Virus record (IMG/VR): IMGVR_UViG_3300023178_001963
Direction: 5' to 3' (one strand)
DNA: 64,000 nt
Source of the DNA: a virus
Numbering within the stretch: position 1 is the stretch's first letter; the number at the start of each line of letters is the position of its first letter. A program made the position numbers and the translations under genes. The notes under the pieces are model-generated. The model worked only from the letters and a program-made list of their open reading frames with translations. It was not told the origin of the DNA and ran no database searches. Shown piece after piece: positions 27,181 through 37,476 of this stretch.

Positions 27181-28056
27181 TTAAATGAAACATTCTTTCT
27201 TTCCGTAAATGAATGCTTGTTTTATTAAATCTGAATCGTTTGTTACTTTAAATGTTAAATCTGTTGTCATCCTTGGTAATCGTACGGTTACACTTTCACA
27301 TGTATCTGGAAAGTTATCATTACAATATTTTAAAAATTTCACAGCATCAAACTTTGGGTATTCTACATAACCTCTATCATCAGGTTTTTCCCAAGATGAA
27401 TGATAACTGTAAAGATGTAAATGTTTTATTCTTCCTGCTATTCTTTCTATGAAGCCAAGAAGATTTCCTTCATATGATTTTTCTAAATCTTCTAAAGTTG
27501 AAATATACTTGTTTACTTTTAATATGTTAACAGGGATTTCAATTCTACTTTCATCTTTAGGTTTCATTAAGATTATACGCAGAGGCTTATCGATTATTTG
27601 ATGAGATTGGCTTATTGTACTTCCTGGATGAATTGTATTTCTATGAACGTTGCTTAATACAGGAGGCGACTTAACATCTCCTTCTATCAAATCACTACAT
27701 AATACTAGCATACGATAGAATCTTGCGAATAGATTATCAAAGTCTGCTTCATCGTTTTTGTCTATAAGCTGTAAGTCTTTTAAAAAATCTAGACCTTTTA
27801 AAACGCCACTACCATATGGTATACTATGATATTTTTCTGAAAGGTTGCCATCTAACCACAGTTGACTCATGTTATGTTCCCTTGTGTCTATAAAACAATC
27901 TATCAAACTAAATTCTTTTAATACGTCTTTCCAATCTTCGTATGTTGGTTGTGCTATCGTACGCCATGAGTGAGATGGATGAGTCAATAACGCATAGTTT
28001 ACATCATCATCTCTATTATCTAAAAATATCTTTTTAAATAATTCATGTTCATTCAT
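27181..28056 (-). CDS. Hypothetical protein
   Basis: 291-aa ORF within the operon; no family recognised. Confidence 0.7.
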   Translation of the reverse strand: MNEHELFKKIFLDNRDDDVNYALLTHPSHSWRTIAQPTYEDWKDVLKEFSLIDCFIDTREHNMSQLWLDGNLSEKYHSIPYGSGVLKGLDFLKDLQLIDKNDEADFDNLFARFYRMLVLCSDLIEGDVKSPPVLSNVHRNTIHPGSTISQSHQIIDKPLRIILMKPKDESRIEIPVNILKVNKYISTLEDLEKSYEGNLLGFIERIAGRIKHLHLYSYHSSWEKPDDRGYVEYPKFDAVKFLKYCNDNFPDTCESVTVRLPRMTTDLTFKVTNDSDLIKQAFIYGKKECFI

Positions 28057-30187
28057 TTATAAATTCAACTCCATCGAACTCTGATACGTTTCCTGTTAGT
28101 TCAAAATACTGTTTATCAAAAGACATATCTTCTCTTTTTAGTTCATGTTCTTCTACTGACCTGTCTTCGTTTTGTGCTACATGCTCAAATTCATACCAGC
28201 ATTTAAAGCTATAGTCGCCGTTGTCATCAACTTCCCACTCTGCTTCGCCTGATAGCATAGTGGCAAGGCTCACACCAAACTCCTGCATATCTAGTTCCGG
28301 ATCCCAAGTCATTTTAAATTTATGTCCACTGAACGCTTGATACATAATCCACATATGTGGTAAGTTTTCATTTGCCAATGTAGCAGCTAAATTATTTTGG
28401 GCGGTATCACCACTAAAAATATTAAAATTTTGATTTGAACGTTGTGGTATGTAATCCTTATATTCTCCGGGATTATTCTGTTCAAATTCTACAAATTTAC
28501 TCATTCCCGGACGACTCTGAGAATTAATTATAGTTCCTTCTGCTTCGTTGATACACATAGACAACCATTGATTCATGTACTTCAATCGTAATGCCCTATG
28601 TAGAATAGTATTCTCATAATTTTCTGTATACCAATTACTCATAAACTTATTATCCCATGGAGTTTCACTCCATTGAATTTTATAGTTTTTCCAGTTCTTG
28701 TTCATATCACTCAGTGGAGCATCACCGCATGTCATGCCCGGCGAGATAACCGTGGCCCAATTTCGTATATTATACAAAACGTGTAAACTATGACACCATT
28801 CAGCAGGTCCTTCAGTTGGGAATCCGACGACCCAGTTAATATGATTTTCTATTCCTGCTATTTTAGCATCACGTAAGTTGTCTTCTATTTCCCAAACTTT
28901 AATTTTCTTTTTCATATCAAGTAGAACCTTTTCACTTCCACTTTCAACTCCAAAACTTAACAAGCTACAACCACTCGCTTTGATTTTATGAAAGAATTCT
29001 AAATCCATACGTCCATCACATCTAGCATAGCTATTCCATCTGATGTCCATACTACGTTCAATTATCTGATCTACTAAATCTCTAAACGCTTTTATATTAC
29101 CATTTACTAAACTATCAACAAACCAAAATCGTCTTGTACCATAAGTATCAATCTGATGCTGCATTTCATCTATAACATTTGTACTTTCACGGGATCTAAA
29201 CTTCCAAAAGTGTGTCTCGGAACAGAAACTACATAGAGCAATACAACCTCTACTAGTTTCAATACTAACACCGCCTTGGTGAGAATATAGAGACAAATCA
29301 TAATCTGAATAATCTGGAAAAGGCATTTGGTTTAAATCAAGTCTGCTATTTGCTCCTCCGAAAACATGAGGACCATCTTCTTTTGAATATTCACTATAGT
29401 TTTCCAAGTAACCCAATAACATTTCTTCGCCTTCACCTATAATTCTAACATCATAGTTTTCTATTATATCTGCCAAAGGATATGGATGTCTTTTATGAGG
29501 ATTGGGTTCTTCATAATCATCTAACCAGTCTTGGAACGCTTCTGGGCCACCTATTAATATTGTGATATCGGGCGCAAGACGCTTTAATTCTTTTATCATA
29601 TACGCACTAGGAACAGTATTTGTAGCATACAAACTGAAGCCAACAAATCTAGCACCATCGTTAATAATACGCTGTACTGTTTCGTCTAATAGTGGAGTTA
29701 ACGCAGGTTTTATTTTAGTATCATAGTTTGGAACAATCCAATGATCCCAGTATATTGCGTCCCATGGATCATAATCTAACTTATCTTTAAGATAATGATA
29801 AGATTCAATATTAGTATCATATACTGTTACTTCATAACCATTTTCTCTCAGCAATGATGATATACGTGCTGCGTTATATGGAGGAAATATAATACCCCAA
29901 CTAGGACAAACAACAAAAGATATTTTATCATTTTTTCTAGGAGGATTTAAACTAGACCAATACTCATATCCAGTATCCTCTCTTTGACTCCAATATGTAT
30001 AATTTTTAGAAACAGAAGAAACAGGATCTGTTCCTAAATGACTGTTGGCATGACGCATTTCTTCTTCATGCTGAATAACAGTTAGAACAATTTGATCTCT
30101 GTCTTCGCTTTTAAAATCATACTTTGGTTTTGACTTTTTTTGAGAGGTCAGCGAGTTTTGTTCTTTGCTTTCGTTTCTCTGCGTCAT
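28049..30187 (-). CDS. Cobalamin (B12)-binding radical SAM enzyme (class B methyltransferase-like)
   Basis: N-terminal B12-binding-like region (VGFSLYATN, ILIGGP, IIGEGE); ETSRGCIALCSFC; FGVESGS; VGFPTE. Confidence 0.9.
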   Translation of the reverse strand: MTQRNESKEQNSLTSQKKSKPKYDFKSEDRDQIVLTVIQHEEEMRHANSHLGTDPVSSVSKNYTYWSQREDTGYEYWSSLNPPRKNDKISFVVCPSWGIIFPPYNAARISSLLRENGYEVTVYDTNIESYHYLKDKLDYDPWDAIYWDHWIVPNYDTKIKPALTPLLDETVQRIINDGARFVGFSLYATNTVPSAYMIKELKRLAPDITILIGGPEAFQDWLDDYEEPNPHKRHPYPLADIIENYDVRIIGEGEEMLLGYLENYSEYSKEDGPHVFGGANSRLDLNQMPFPDYSDYDLSLYSHQGGVSIETSRGCIALCSFCSETHFWKFRSRESTNVIDEMQHQIDTYGTRRFWFVDSLVNGNIKAFRDLVDQIIERSMDIRWNSYARCDGRMDLEFFHKIKASGCSLLSFGVESGSEKVLLDMKKKIKVWEIEDNLRDAKIAGIENHINWVVGFPTEGPAEWCHSLHVLYNIRNWATVISPGMTCGDAPLSDMNKNWKNYKIQWSETPWDNKFMSNWYTENYENTILHRALRLKYMNQWLSMCINEAEGTIINSQSRPGMSKFVEFEQNNPGEYKDYIPQRSNQNFNIFSGDTAQNNLAATLANENLPHMWIMYQAFSGHKFKMTWDPELDMQEFGVSLATMLSGEAEWEVDDNGDYSFKCWYEFEHVAQNEDRSVEEHELKREDMSFDKQYFELTGNVSEFDGVEFINE

Positions 30188-31805
30188 TCATTCTTCCTAT
30201 TGCTGCCGCTAAATCTGGTAGACTTTCTTTCCAGTCTTCTTTTCTTATTTTATCAAGTCTAATTGTGTCTCTTTTAAATTTTTCCCACATATTAGGGTCT
30301 TGTTCTTTTGCCCACATTTGTCCTAACGCTTGCTTTAAAGCAGTTTCAGTAATACCTGCCCATATCATATCATGTTGTGTACAAGTGTCGATTGGCCATC
30401 TTTTCCAGATATGAGTTATAAATCTATTATATAGATCCTCTACTTCTTTTTTAAGATATGTAGGTAAATTTTGTATACAATATTGCTCTGGACCAAATAC
30501 TAAATGTATATGCATTTCATTACTAAGACGCTTAAAGTTTTGTTCTTTTATCCAATACATAAAGTCTGGTACATGAAACACATTCATAATACTAAGAGTT
30601 AAAGTAACTTTAGCTTCTAAATTATCAAGTCTGGGATCAGTATCTAACTCTTTTAGTAATCTTTCAGTCTTACTCCATTTTCCAGGATTTCGTATGTATT
30701 CAAAATGACTATCCATACCATCAAGACTCATCCCTATTACTACTTTTTTGAATTGTGCCCAAAGATCGAAAAAGCTCTTACTACTCGCAGCCATATTACT
30801 ATTATATTCTAACTCTATATTTTTCGATAAACCTTTTTCAACAATCATTTCTAACAATTCTCTATGCTTATGATTGATAGTAGGTTCACCTCCTGTAAAA
30901 TATAATCTTTCTATATACTTTAAGTTTTTTGTAATATCAGTCCATAGTTGTGAACCTTCATACCAACTTTTCATATGAGGTATCTCAACCTGACCTTTAG
31001 AATTTGTTATGATTTCAGCATGTTCTCCGTCTAAATCAATTGTAAATGGTTTATCAGATTTTTTACTGTCTACCATTTCCATATAATCTTTATACCACAA
31101 ATCACTATTTGATGGACCACAAGACCTGCATTTTAAATTACATTTATTACCAAAACGTAGATCCCACCATCTAATAGGAAAATCTTTGTTTTTAATTTTT
31201 CCATCTTTTTTAGTTTTTTCATATGCATTTAGTACTACATCTGGAAAATGTTTATTGGCATATTTTCTTCTTGACATGCCATACGGCACAGCATCTTCTT
31301 CGTCAAAACATAATTTACACGCAGATGGTCTTTTACCTTTCAACATATCACTTCGCAACATCTTCCAAAATTTTGCGTTTCTGTTTCTGCTTATCTTATC
31401 ATTATAATTCAATAACGTACCATCATCTTTTTCAATAAGTCCTACATTAGATGACTCATCCGTGTATATCATTTGACAACAAGCACGAATACTACCATTC
31501 GCATTAGTACCAGCATGGATCCATGGAATAGTACAGAATGAACTTTGGTCTGCTTCTCTTAGTAATTTAGATTCTAATAAATCATTGTAAACCTCACCGA
31601 GTCTATCTTTTACAATATCTATTATATCATCATCTATTATTGGTGATCTAAGTACGCTAAGTAATACATCTTGGTCTTCATCAAATGTTGCTACAATTTC
31701 AAGTACCTCACGTGGACAATCTGGATCTAGAATCATGTCTATACGTTGCTCAGGCGTTCTGTATATGTCTGGATTCAGATCAAATCTACTATCTACATCA
31801 CTCAT
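30117..31805 (-). CDS. Radical SAM protein with N-terminal helical extension and twitch-like Cys domain
   Basis: FCTIPW...ACC...CKLC; DLRFGNKCNLKCRSC; FTGGEPT; YIRNP. Confidence 0.92.
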   Translation of the reverse strand: MSDVDSRFDLNPDIYRTPEQRIDMILDPDCPREVLEIVATFDEDQDVLLSVLRSPIIDDDIIDIVKDRLGEVYNDLLESKLLREADQSSFCTIPWIHAGTNANGSIRACCQMIYTDESSNVGLIEKDDGTLLNYNDKISRNRNAKFWKMLRSDMLKGKRPSACKLCFDEEDAVPYGMSRRKYANKHFPDVVLNAYEKTKKDGKIKNKDFPIRWWDLRFGNKCNLKCRSCGPSNSDLWYKDYMEMVDSKKSDKPFTIDLDGEHAEIITNSKGQVEIPHMKSWYEGSQLWTDITKNLKYIERLYFTGGEPTINHKHRELLEMIVEKGLSKNIELEYNSNMAASSKSFFDLWAQFKKVVIGMSLDGMDSHFEYIRNPGKWSKTERLLKELDTDPRLDNLEAKVTLTLSIMNVFHVPDFMYWIKEQNFKRLSNEMHIHLVFGPEQYCIQNLPTYLKKEVEDLYNRFITHIWKRWPIDTCTQHDMIWAGITETALKQALGQMWAKEQDPNMWEKFKRDTIRLDKIRKEDWKESLPDLAAAIGRMNDAEKRKQRTKLADLSKKVKTKV

Positions 31806-31807
31806 TC

Positions 31808-33202
31808 TTACTGTTCCTTAAAAAATTCTATTTCGTTATCACTATATTTTACAAGACTACTAGCATCATTTATATCTCTGATTGGTACCAAACTAAGAGT
31901 ACCTTTCATTCTTCCATTTGCACCATTGGTATGCCATTGTGGTATGTTTAAAATTCTATCTCTTAGTTTTTGCGCTCTATCTAAAAATCCTGGAGGGGTC
32001 ATAAGTTTAATTTCTAACCATAGATCATCATCAACATCATCATGGTGCTGCATGATTATTTTACAATTTTCGATAAATCTGTCTTCGTTTCCACGGTATA
32101 AATCCATACTAGCAAAATGTGCGCTCATATTGACACTATTTATATACTGTGTTGCCTCACGCCAAAACTTAGTACTGCGACTACCATTTGTAGTTACCAG
32201 CGTCCATTGATTTTTAGATTTCAAATGCTTTAAGATATCAATAAATTGAGGATGCATTGTAGGCTCTCCTCCACCAAAGTTCCATCTGATTTGATCTCCG
32301 CCGCTCCAATGTTCAATAATCATATCTATCGTTTCGATAACTGATTCATATGTAGGAAATCTTTCTGTGTTACTATGAACTGCTGGCCAGCAATAATCAC
32401 AAGCATAATTACATCTTCTACCAATATCCCATAATATCTGATATGGTATAGGAAAGTTCATTTCTACAGCGACTCCTTTGTCAATAGATTGTGCTGTGTA
32501 ATCATCGCCACCTCGTTCCGTTCCAGAATAACCGTTATGAGTCACATCTAAAAACTTTATATGCTTTTTTGTTTTTGCTTTACTTAATATAACATCAGCA
32601 CCGCAGCCACAATTATTAAATGGACATACTACATACTCTTCGGGTATATCTATACCTTCACGGATATTACCTAATAGACCCCAATTGTCTGGTATATCAT
32701 CTAGTGTACTTTCCCATTTCCAAGCACTAGCAGTTGTATCTATTTTTTCTTTTATCATATTTCTACCTAAATTACTAAAGAATGCTTCTTCAGTTTCTTT
32801 TAGGGTCTGCTGTAATTTTACGTGTTGTTCACAAGTTTCCCAGCCTATTTTTGGAAGAGGCCAACCCCCTTCTGTATTTTCATTATACCATTCAATATGA
32901 GGATATGGACCAAAAACACGTTCACGTTCAAGTCTCCATTCTTCTACAACTGTATTATAATGTGCGCTACTATTTCTGTGGCTACTAGCACAGTTTGCAT
33001 TCCATATGTTACCGTCGTAATCAATATAAAGTCCTCGGACACCCGCACTACACTTCCATCCCTTCCAAGAGTTATGACCTCTAGCAATCGCTTCGTCTAC
33101 ACTCATTCTAATGAACTTGCCATCCGAACCATACAAACGCAATTGCTTATTGTCTAGTGGGATGCTTGGATCTTCTTTAATCGGCATCTTCCAAAACCTC
33201 AT
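31808..33202 (-). CDS. Radical SAM protein with the auxiliary Cys domain at the N-terminus (start may be 33187)
   Basis: WKCSAG...NC...CPFNNCGCGAD precedes ILWDIGRRCNYACDYC and FGGGEPT. Confidence 0.9.
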   Translation of the reverse strand: MRFWKMPIKEDPSIPLDNKQLRLYGSDGKFIRMSVDEAIARGHNSWKGWKCSAGVRGLYIDYDGNIWNANCASSHRNSSAHYNTVVEEWRLERERVFGPYPHIEWYNENTEGGWPLPKIGWETCEQHVKLQQTLKETEEAFFSNLGRNMIKEKIDTTASAWKWESTLDDIPDNWGLLGNIREGIDIPEEYVVCPFNNCGCGADVILSKAKTKKHIKFLDVTHNGYSGTERGGDDYTAQSIDKGVAVEMNFPIPYQILWDIGRRCNYACDYCWPAVHSNTERFPTYESVIETIDMIIEHWSGGDQIRWNFGGGEPTMHPQFIDILKHLKSKNQWTLVTTNGSRSTKFWREATQYINSVNMSAHFASMDLYRGNEDRFIENCKIIMQHHDDVDDDLWLEIKLMTPPGFLDRAQKLRDRILNIPQWHTNGANGRMKGTLSLVPIRDINDASSLVKYSDNEIEFFKEQ

Positions 33203-34184
33203 AACAATCAGCAGGTAATACTTTTTTACTCATAATGTCAAAGTTACAATGACACATACTTTTTGTACACATAGTAGGTTTTCTAGGCCACTTGATATTC
33301 TTAGGGTCTTTCATATTACCAAATGCACCACCAACTCTACACCAGCCGATCATAACACTTCCGTCAAAATCTACAACAATCTGTTCTATGCCACTCCAGC
33401 AATACCAGCCTTCCCAGTCATTTGTTTTATCGTTAATAAATCTATGTGCGCTGCTGTTCTGCTTTAAATCATTCACATCGTCACACATATCCATACTACC
33501 GCGGTATATCTTCCACTGCTTATCATACTTGATTTTACTACCCAACAGTTTCCATTGGTCATCGATATATTTGATTTGTTCTTCACTGTAAGAGTAAAGA
33601 GTTTCACCAAAATCAATAATCAACGGCTGTAGTGCTAATGAGATATTAGGTATTTCAATAACTTTTTCGGCAACGTCTACACAAGTAGGCCAGATTTCAG
33701 GATTGTAATGCATCATAATATTAACATGTGTTCTACACTGTTGACTCATAATTTTAACAACTTCTAAAAAGTGTTCTGGATTTCCTTCTTCTGGATGAAA
33801 ACTTAAACACACGTGGTCGAACTTTTCTTTATTCTTCTCCCACCATCTTATAGTTCTACTACTGTTACTGATAAATCCTATATCATGTCCTATTTCTTTA
33901 ATGTATTCAGCACACTTAACAAAGTCTTTCCATAGTGTAACTTCACCGCCTGTAAATTCAAAATATACAGTTCTAGGAGAGTAATGCTCAACAACTTCAT
34001 CGATAAAACCTTTAACTACGTCAAAATCATTCCATCCAAAGCTACCGTCGTTAAGAATACTAGGACAATAAGAACATGTAAAGTTACACATGTTGCCTAA
34101 ATTCCAATTAACTACGACCCAATCTTTACATTCTTCATGGTGATGATCTAGTCTATTATAAAAGTTCTGTGGTCCTAATGGCAT
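33177..34184 (-). CDS. Radical SAM protein with C-terminal auxiliary Cys domain
   Basis: VNWNLGNMCNFTCSYC; FTGGEVT; WYCWSG...WC...CTKSMCHC. Confidence 0.92.
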   Translation of the reverse strand: MPLGPQNFYNRLDHHHEECKDWVVVNWNLGNMCNFTCSYCPSILNDGSFGWNDFDVVKGFIDEVVEHYSPRTVYFEFTGGEVTLWKDFVKCAEYIKEIGHDIGFISNSSRTIRWWEKNKEKFDHVCLSFHPEEGNPEHFLEVVKIMSQQCRTHVNIMMHYNPEIWPTCVDVAEKVIEIPNISLALQPLIIDFGETLYSYSEEQIKYIDDQWKLLGSKIKYDKQWKIYRGSMDMCDDVNDLKQNSSAHRFINDKTNDWEGWYCWSGIEQIVVDFDGSVMIGWCRVGGAFGNMKDPKNIKWPRKPTMCTKSMCHCNFDIMSKKVLPADCYEVLEDAD

Positions 34185-34192
34185 AATAGCTC

Positions 34193-35170
34193 CTATCTAT
34201 CCCAACCAGTCGATTTTTCTGTTGCTAGTGGATTAGCAACACGTTTTGGATTTGTATATACCTTCTTAAAGAATTGAGCAACCTCTGGGGTTGGATCACA
34301 AATCTCCATACCGATATCGTCTGCTAGTGTATCGCCTACTCTTAATACATCTTCGTATAATGTATCATAGTCCCATGTTAATCTAGTTGAAGTGCAAATC
34401 TCATCTCCACCTTCATACTGTGGGAATATCTCATTATAAAAATAATCATTAAACCAATCATAGCTAGATATACATTCTAACACAAAGTCATCTTTAAAAC
34501 AAACATCATGACATCCCAATCTAGCACCATATAAAGCCCAAAGCCCGTTTTCAACATCGGCGCCTATATTACACCATGTCAAAAGACGTTCATAATTCTT
34601 TGGCCATAACCTGTCTTTGAACTCTTCTGGCTTTACACGATTACCTTCATCAAGTGACATTTTAACACCTTCACGGAAACCGGCACGAAATGCTTGGAAA
34701 GGTGAACCTGCGTTAAACACCATTGAATATACGTTGTTCATATGAACATAATCTAAGTCCCAACAGAAGTCAACTTTCTTTGTTTCGTCTTCTGCGTTTT
34801 CGTGGGTTTTCATTTCTAGTACCAAGTCTACTGGCCAACATTTGATTCCGCCGTTACCGTAAACTAAACCATTAACAACATTCTTCGCACCCCAAGAAAT
34901 AATAGAACGTGAAATATTTGTTTTTTCAGGAAAGACTAGTTCTAAATCAAAGAACTTTTTGTCAACTATATTATCACCATCAATTGTGATAAATCTATCG
35001 GTTTCGCTTGCCCTAGCACATGCTTTATGTGCGTTATCAAATCCTTTAACGCCATCTACTCTTTTTGCCCATGGGCATTTACGCAAAACATCTGCCCAAT
35101 GTTCTTCTTTGTTGGGTTCATCATAGCTTAGATAAAAAACATCTGTCTCAGCTACCCGCAAAATTGTCAT
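34193..35170 (-). CDS. GT-A-like glycosyltransferase (paralog of 19125..20225)
   Basis: DVFYLSYDEP, GVKGFDNAH, FITIDGDN (DxD), YGNGGIKCW, AGFREGVKM. Confidence 0.65.
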   Translation of the reverse strand: MTILRVAETDVFYLSYDEPNKEEHWADVLRKCPWAKRVDGVKGFDNAHKACARASETDRFITIDGDNIVDKKFFDLELVFPEKTNISRSIISWGAKNVVNGLVYGNGGIKCWPVDLVLEMKTHENAEDETKKVDFCWDLDYVHMNNVYSMVFNAGSPFQAFRAGFREGVKMSLDEGNRVKPEEFKDRLWPKNYERLLTWCNIGADVENGLWALYGARLGCHDVCFKDDFVLECISSYDWFNDYFYNEIFPQYEGGDEICTSTRLTWDYDTLYEDVLRVGDTLADDIGMEICDPTPEVAQFFKKVYTNPKRVANPLATEKSTGWDR

Positions 35171-35171
35171 T

Positions 35172-35756
35172 TTAATCTCCTAATGAATATGTACTGAAAA
35201 CATAACGTGTATAAACACTTATGTCATATTTATGTTCGTAGTTAATGTGTATCTCTTTGCCTGTTAGAATCTCTGAAAACTTAATTTTCAAATCTTCTAC
35301 TATAAACTCAGGTTCGTCTTTTAATGTGATGTAAAAACGGTGATCTAATTTACCACCTATTTTTACTTTTTCAGAAGCGTCTGGTACAAAATAATCACGC
35401 AATAAATCTGTGGCACGTATTGTTATGCCGTCATCCACAATCTTTACGATTACTTCTGGATTGTCAGTACGTTCTATCTTCTTAACATATGTTGTCAAGT
35501 TATTAGACTTGTATTCTTCACTTGTTAATTTTTTTAGATGATGATTCAAAGTTTTACTATCGTAGAATACTTTATAGTCACGCAATCTTTCCGTGCCTAC
35601 AACTAACCCCATAATATCTTTAATTTCAAAATATGCGTGTTGTACACCAGGTTCTTCTGAAATTCTATTATCGATTGAAAGTATAACCCCTCGGTCATCA
35701 AAGTGGATGATTTTGAACTCAGTATTCCAATCTATTTCTTTAATACTCTTAATCAT
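35172..35756 (-). CDS. Hypothetical protein
   Basis: 194-aa ORF tightly packed in the operon. Confidence 0.7.
   Translation of the reverse strand: MIKSIKEIDWNTEFKIIHFDDRGVILSIDNRISEEPGVQHAYFEIKDIMGLVVGTERLRDYKVFYDSKTLNHHLKKLTSEEYKSNNLTTYVKKIERTDNPEVIVKIVDDGITIRATDLLRDYFVPDASEKVKIGGKLDHRFYITLKDEPEFIVEDLKIKFSEILTGKEIHINYEHKYDISVYTRYVFSTYSLGD
35227..35246 (-). promoter_or_regulatory. Intragenic copy of ATTAACTACGAACATAAATA (putative late promoter)
   Basis: 20/20 identity with 9457-9476(+); ~57 nt upstream of the ATG at 35170. Confidence 0.6.
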
Positions 35757-36610
35757 AGTACCACACCTTCATACTTTTTTATGATACTATGTGTTAGCCA
35801 ATCTTTTTCAACATAATGAAATGGATAAATTTGTTCAAAATTTCCAACAGTTAATGTTAAATCGTCTGCTACGTTAGAAAATATATCAGTATTCCAAATG
35901 TTAGATATTTTATGCTTGGGTATATTTTGTATATGACTCTTCATATGCACAAATGTTGGGTATGATTTAATACTGTAGTCGCACACTAACTCTTCAATAT
36001 CCATAAACTTTACTGCTAACGCATATGCGATATCAGCACTCATCCAATCTTGTCCGCTTCCACGTAGATGCTGTTCATACACATCTTCCCAGTTTGTCAT
36101 AATTTTTTCTACAGTTTTGAAAAAATCATATGCAAACTCTGATTTATTGAAGTATGAGAAATTACTGTAAACATTTGGCAAATCAAGTGACGTAAACTTT
36201 TTTCTATAGAAGTCGCTTGTTACTTCTTCATTTCTAAATGTCTTTACATTTGTACACAACCAAACATCTTTTTGCGCTAGATAATCCCACCAATGATCAA
36301 CACTATGAGTGAATATCATATCACTATCTAGTATAATAGTTTCATCATATGGAGACATGTGAATATACTTCCACTTGTTTTCTATCTTCCAAGTAGATTC
36401 ATCTGCTTCATCTTCCCACGGAATATCTACAATATGGTCAAACACTTTTCTATGTTTATCAGTAATTAAAGTTTTTGTGTATTCATCTACACATACACAA
36501 ATAGAGTTTTCACGTTGTGTTGCTTTAAGACTTAATGCTAACGCATATGTCATTCTTAGATAGTCATGCTTTTTGTTATTTTGAACTATAACAATATACC
36601 CTCTACTCAT
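35753..36610 (-). CDS. GT-A glycosyltransferase (GT8/mannosyltransferase-like)
   Basis: RGYIVIVQN, SPYDETIILDSD (DxD), FVHMKS, PFHY. Confidence 0.75.
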   Translation of the reverse strand: MSRGYIVIVQNNKKHDYLRMTYALALSLKATQRENSICVCVDEYTKTLITDKHRKVFDHIVDIPWEDEADESTWKIENKWKYIHMSPYDETIILDSDMIFTHSVDHWWDYLAQKDVWLCTNVKTFRNEEVTSDFYRKKFTSLDLPNVYSNFSYFNKSEFAYDFFKTVEKIMTNWEDVYEQHLRGSGQDWMSADIAYALAVKFMDIEELVCDYSIKSYPTFVHMKSHIQNIPKHKISNIWNTDIFSNVADDLTLTVGNFEQIYPFHYVEKDWLTHSIIKKYEGVVL

Positions 36611-37476
36611 GCCAAGCCTCCAAATTCCAATAAGCTATCCATATGTCTTTCAATAGAACGCTTATTCATAATATGAAGGTCACAATTTTTAAATCTACTT
36701 AGTACACATTCTTTAGACTTCTTAAGAGTAGATGTTGTAAGAACCATTTCCTTTTCGCTGCTAACCTTGTATATGTCATTTGTATCATAGCTATTCATAA
36801 GATATTTTATAGGTAGTTCTGGAACTGTATACTTTACATTACCATTTAAAATATGAAGAGCAATTGAAAACGCATAATCATTTCTGAATAGTGCGCCTTC
36901 ACAATTGTATAAGTTGTAGTAATACATATAATGTTCTTTAACATTATGTATCATACTGAATAGACTTTCAGTAAATACTGTTTTTCTAAAATAGAACACA
37001 GTCGCCCAATACATATCAATTGAATAATCGTCTATTTTTACCACGTTATTATCTTTATCTTCTCCGCCGGATATATCCCTATAACTTTTTGTAATCATAA
37101 AATCATTATGACTATCCCAAACACCGTCTAGTGCGTTACTCATTACAAAATAATCACAATCTATTACTAGTGTTTGTGCGTATGGAGAGATATCAAAAAC
37201 AGAACTTCTACTTGCGTTTATAAATTTAGCATATTCTGTATCATCTGCTGTATCACGGTATAGTCTATTTGTATAAAACCCACGATTGTCTAATGTGATA
37301 ACTCTATCAAACGCACGACTTACCAATTCTTCATCATACTCAGAATGTACATCAGTGACTAAGCAAATTTCATCAAATCCAGACAAATTCTTTCTAGCAT
37401 AGCCAGCACTTGCGCAAGCTATCTTTACGTAGTCAACGTAATCATTGTTTTGTGCAAATAATAAAATACCCTTCAT
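36607..37476 (-). CDS. GT-A glycosyltransferase (paralog of the downstream gene)
   Basis: KGILLFAQN, SPYAQTLVIDCDY (DxD), WATVFYF, FRNDYAFSIA, HIMNK. Confidence 0.75.
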   Translation of the reverse strand: MKGILLFAQNNDYVDYVKIACASAGYARKNLSGFDEICLVTDVHSEYDEELVSRAFDRVITLDNRGFYTNRLYRDTADDTEYAKFINASRSSVFDISPYAQTLVIDCDYFVMSNALDGVWDSHNDFMITKSYRDISGGEDKDNNVVKIDDYSIDMYWATVFYFRKTVFTESLFSMIHNVKEHYMYYYNLYNCEGALFRNDYAFSIALHILNGNVKYTVPELPIKYLMNSYDTNDIYKVSSEKEMVLTTSTLKKSKECVLSRFKNCDLHIMNKRSIERHMDSLLEFGGLA

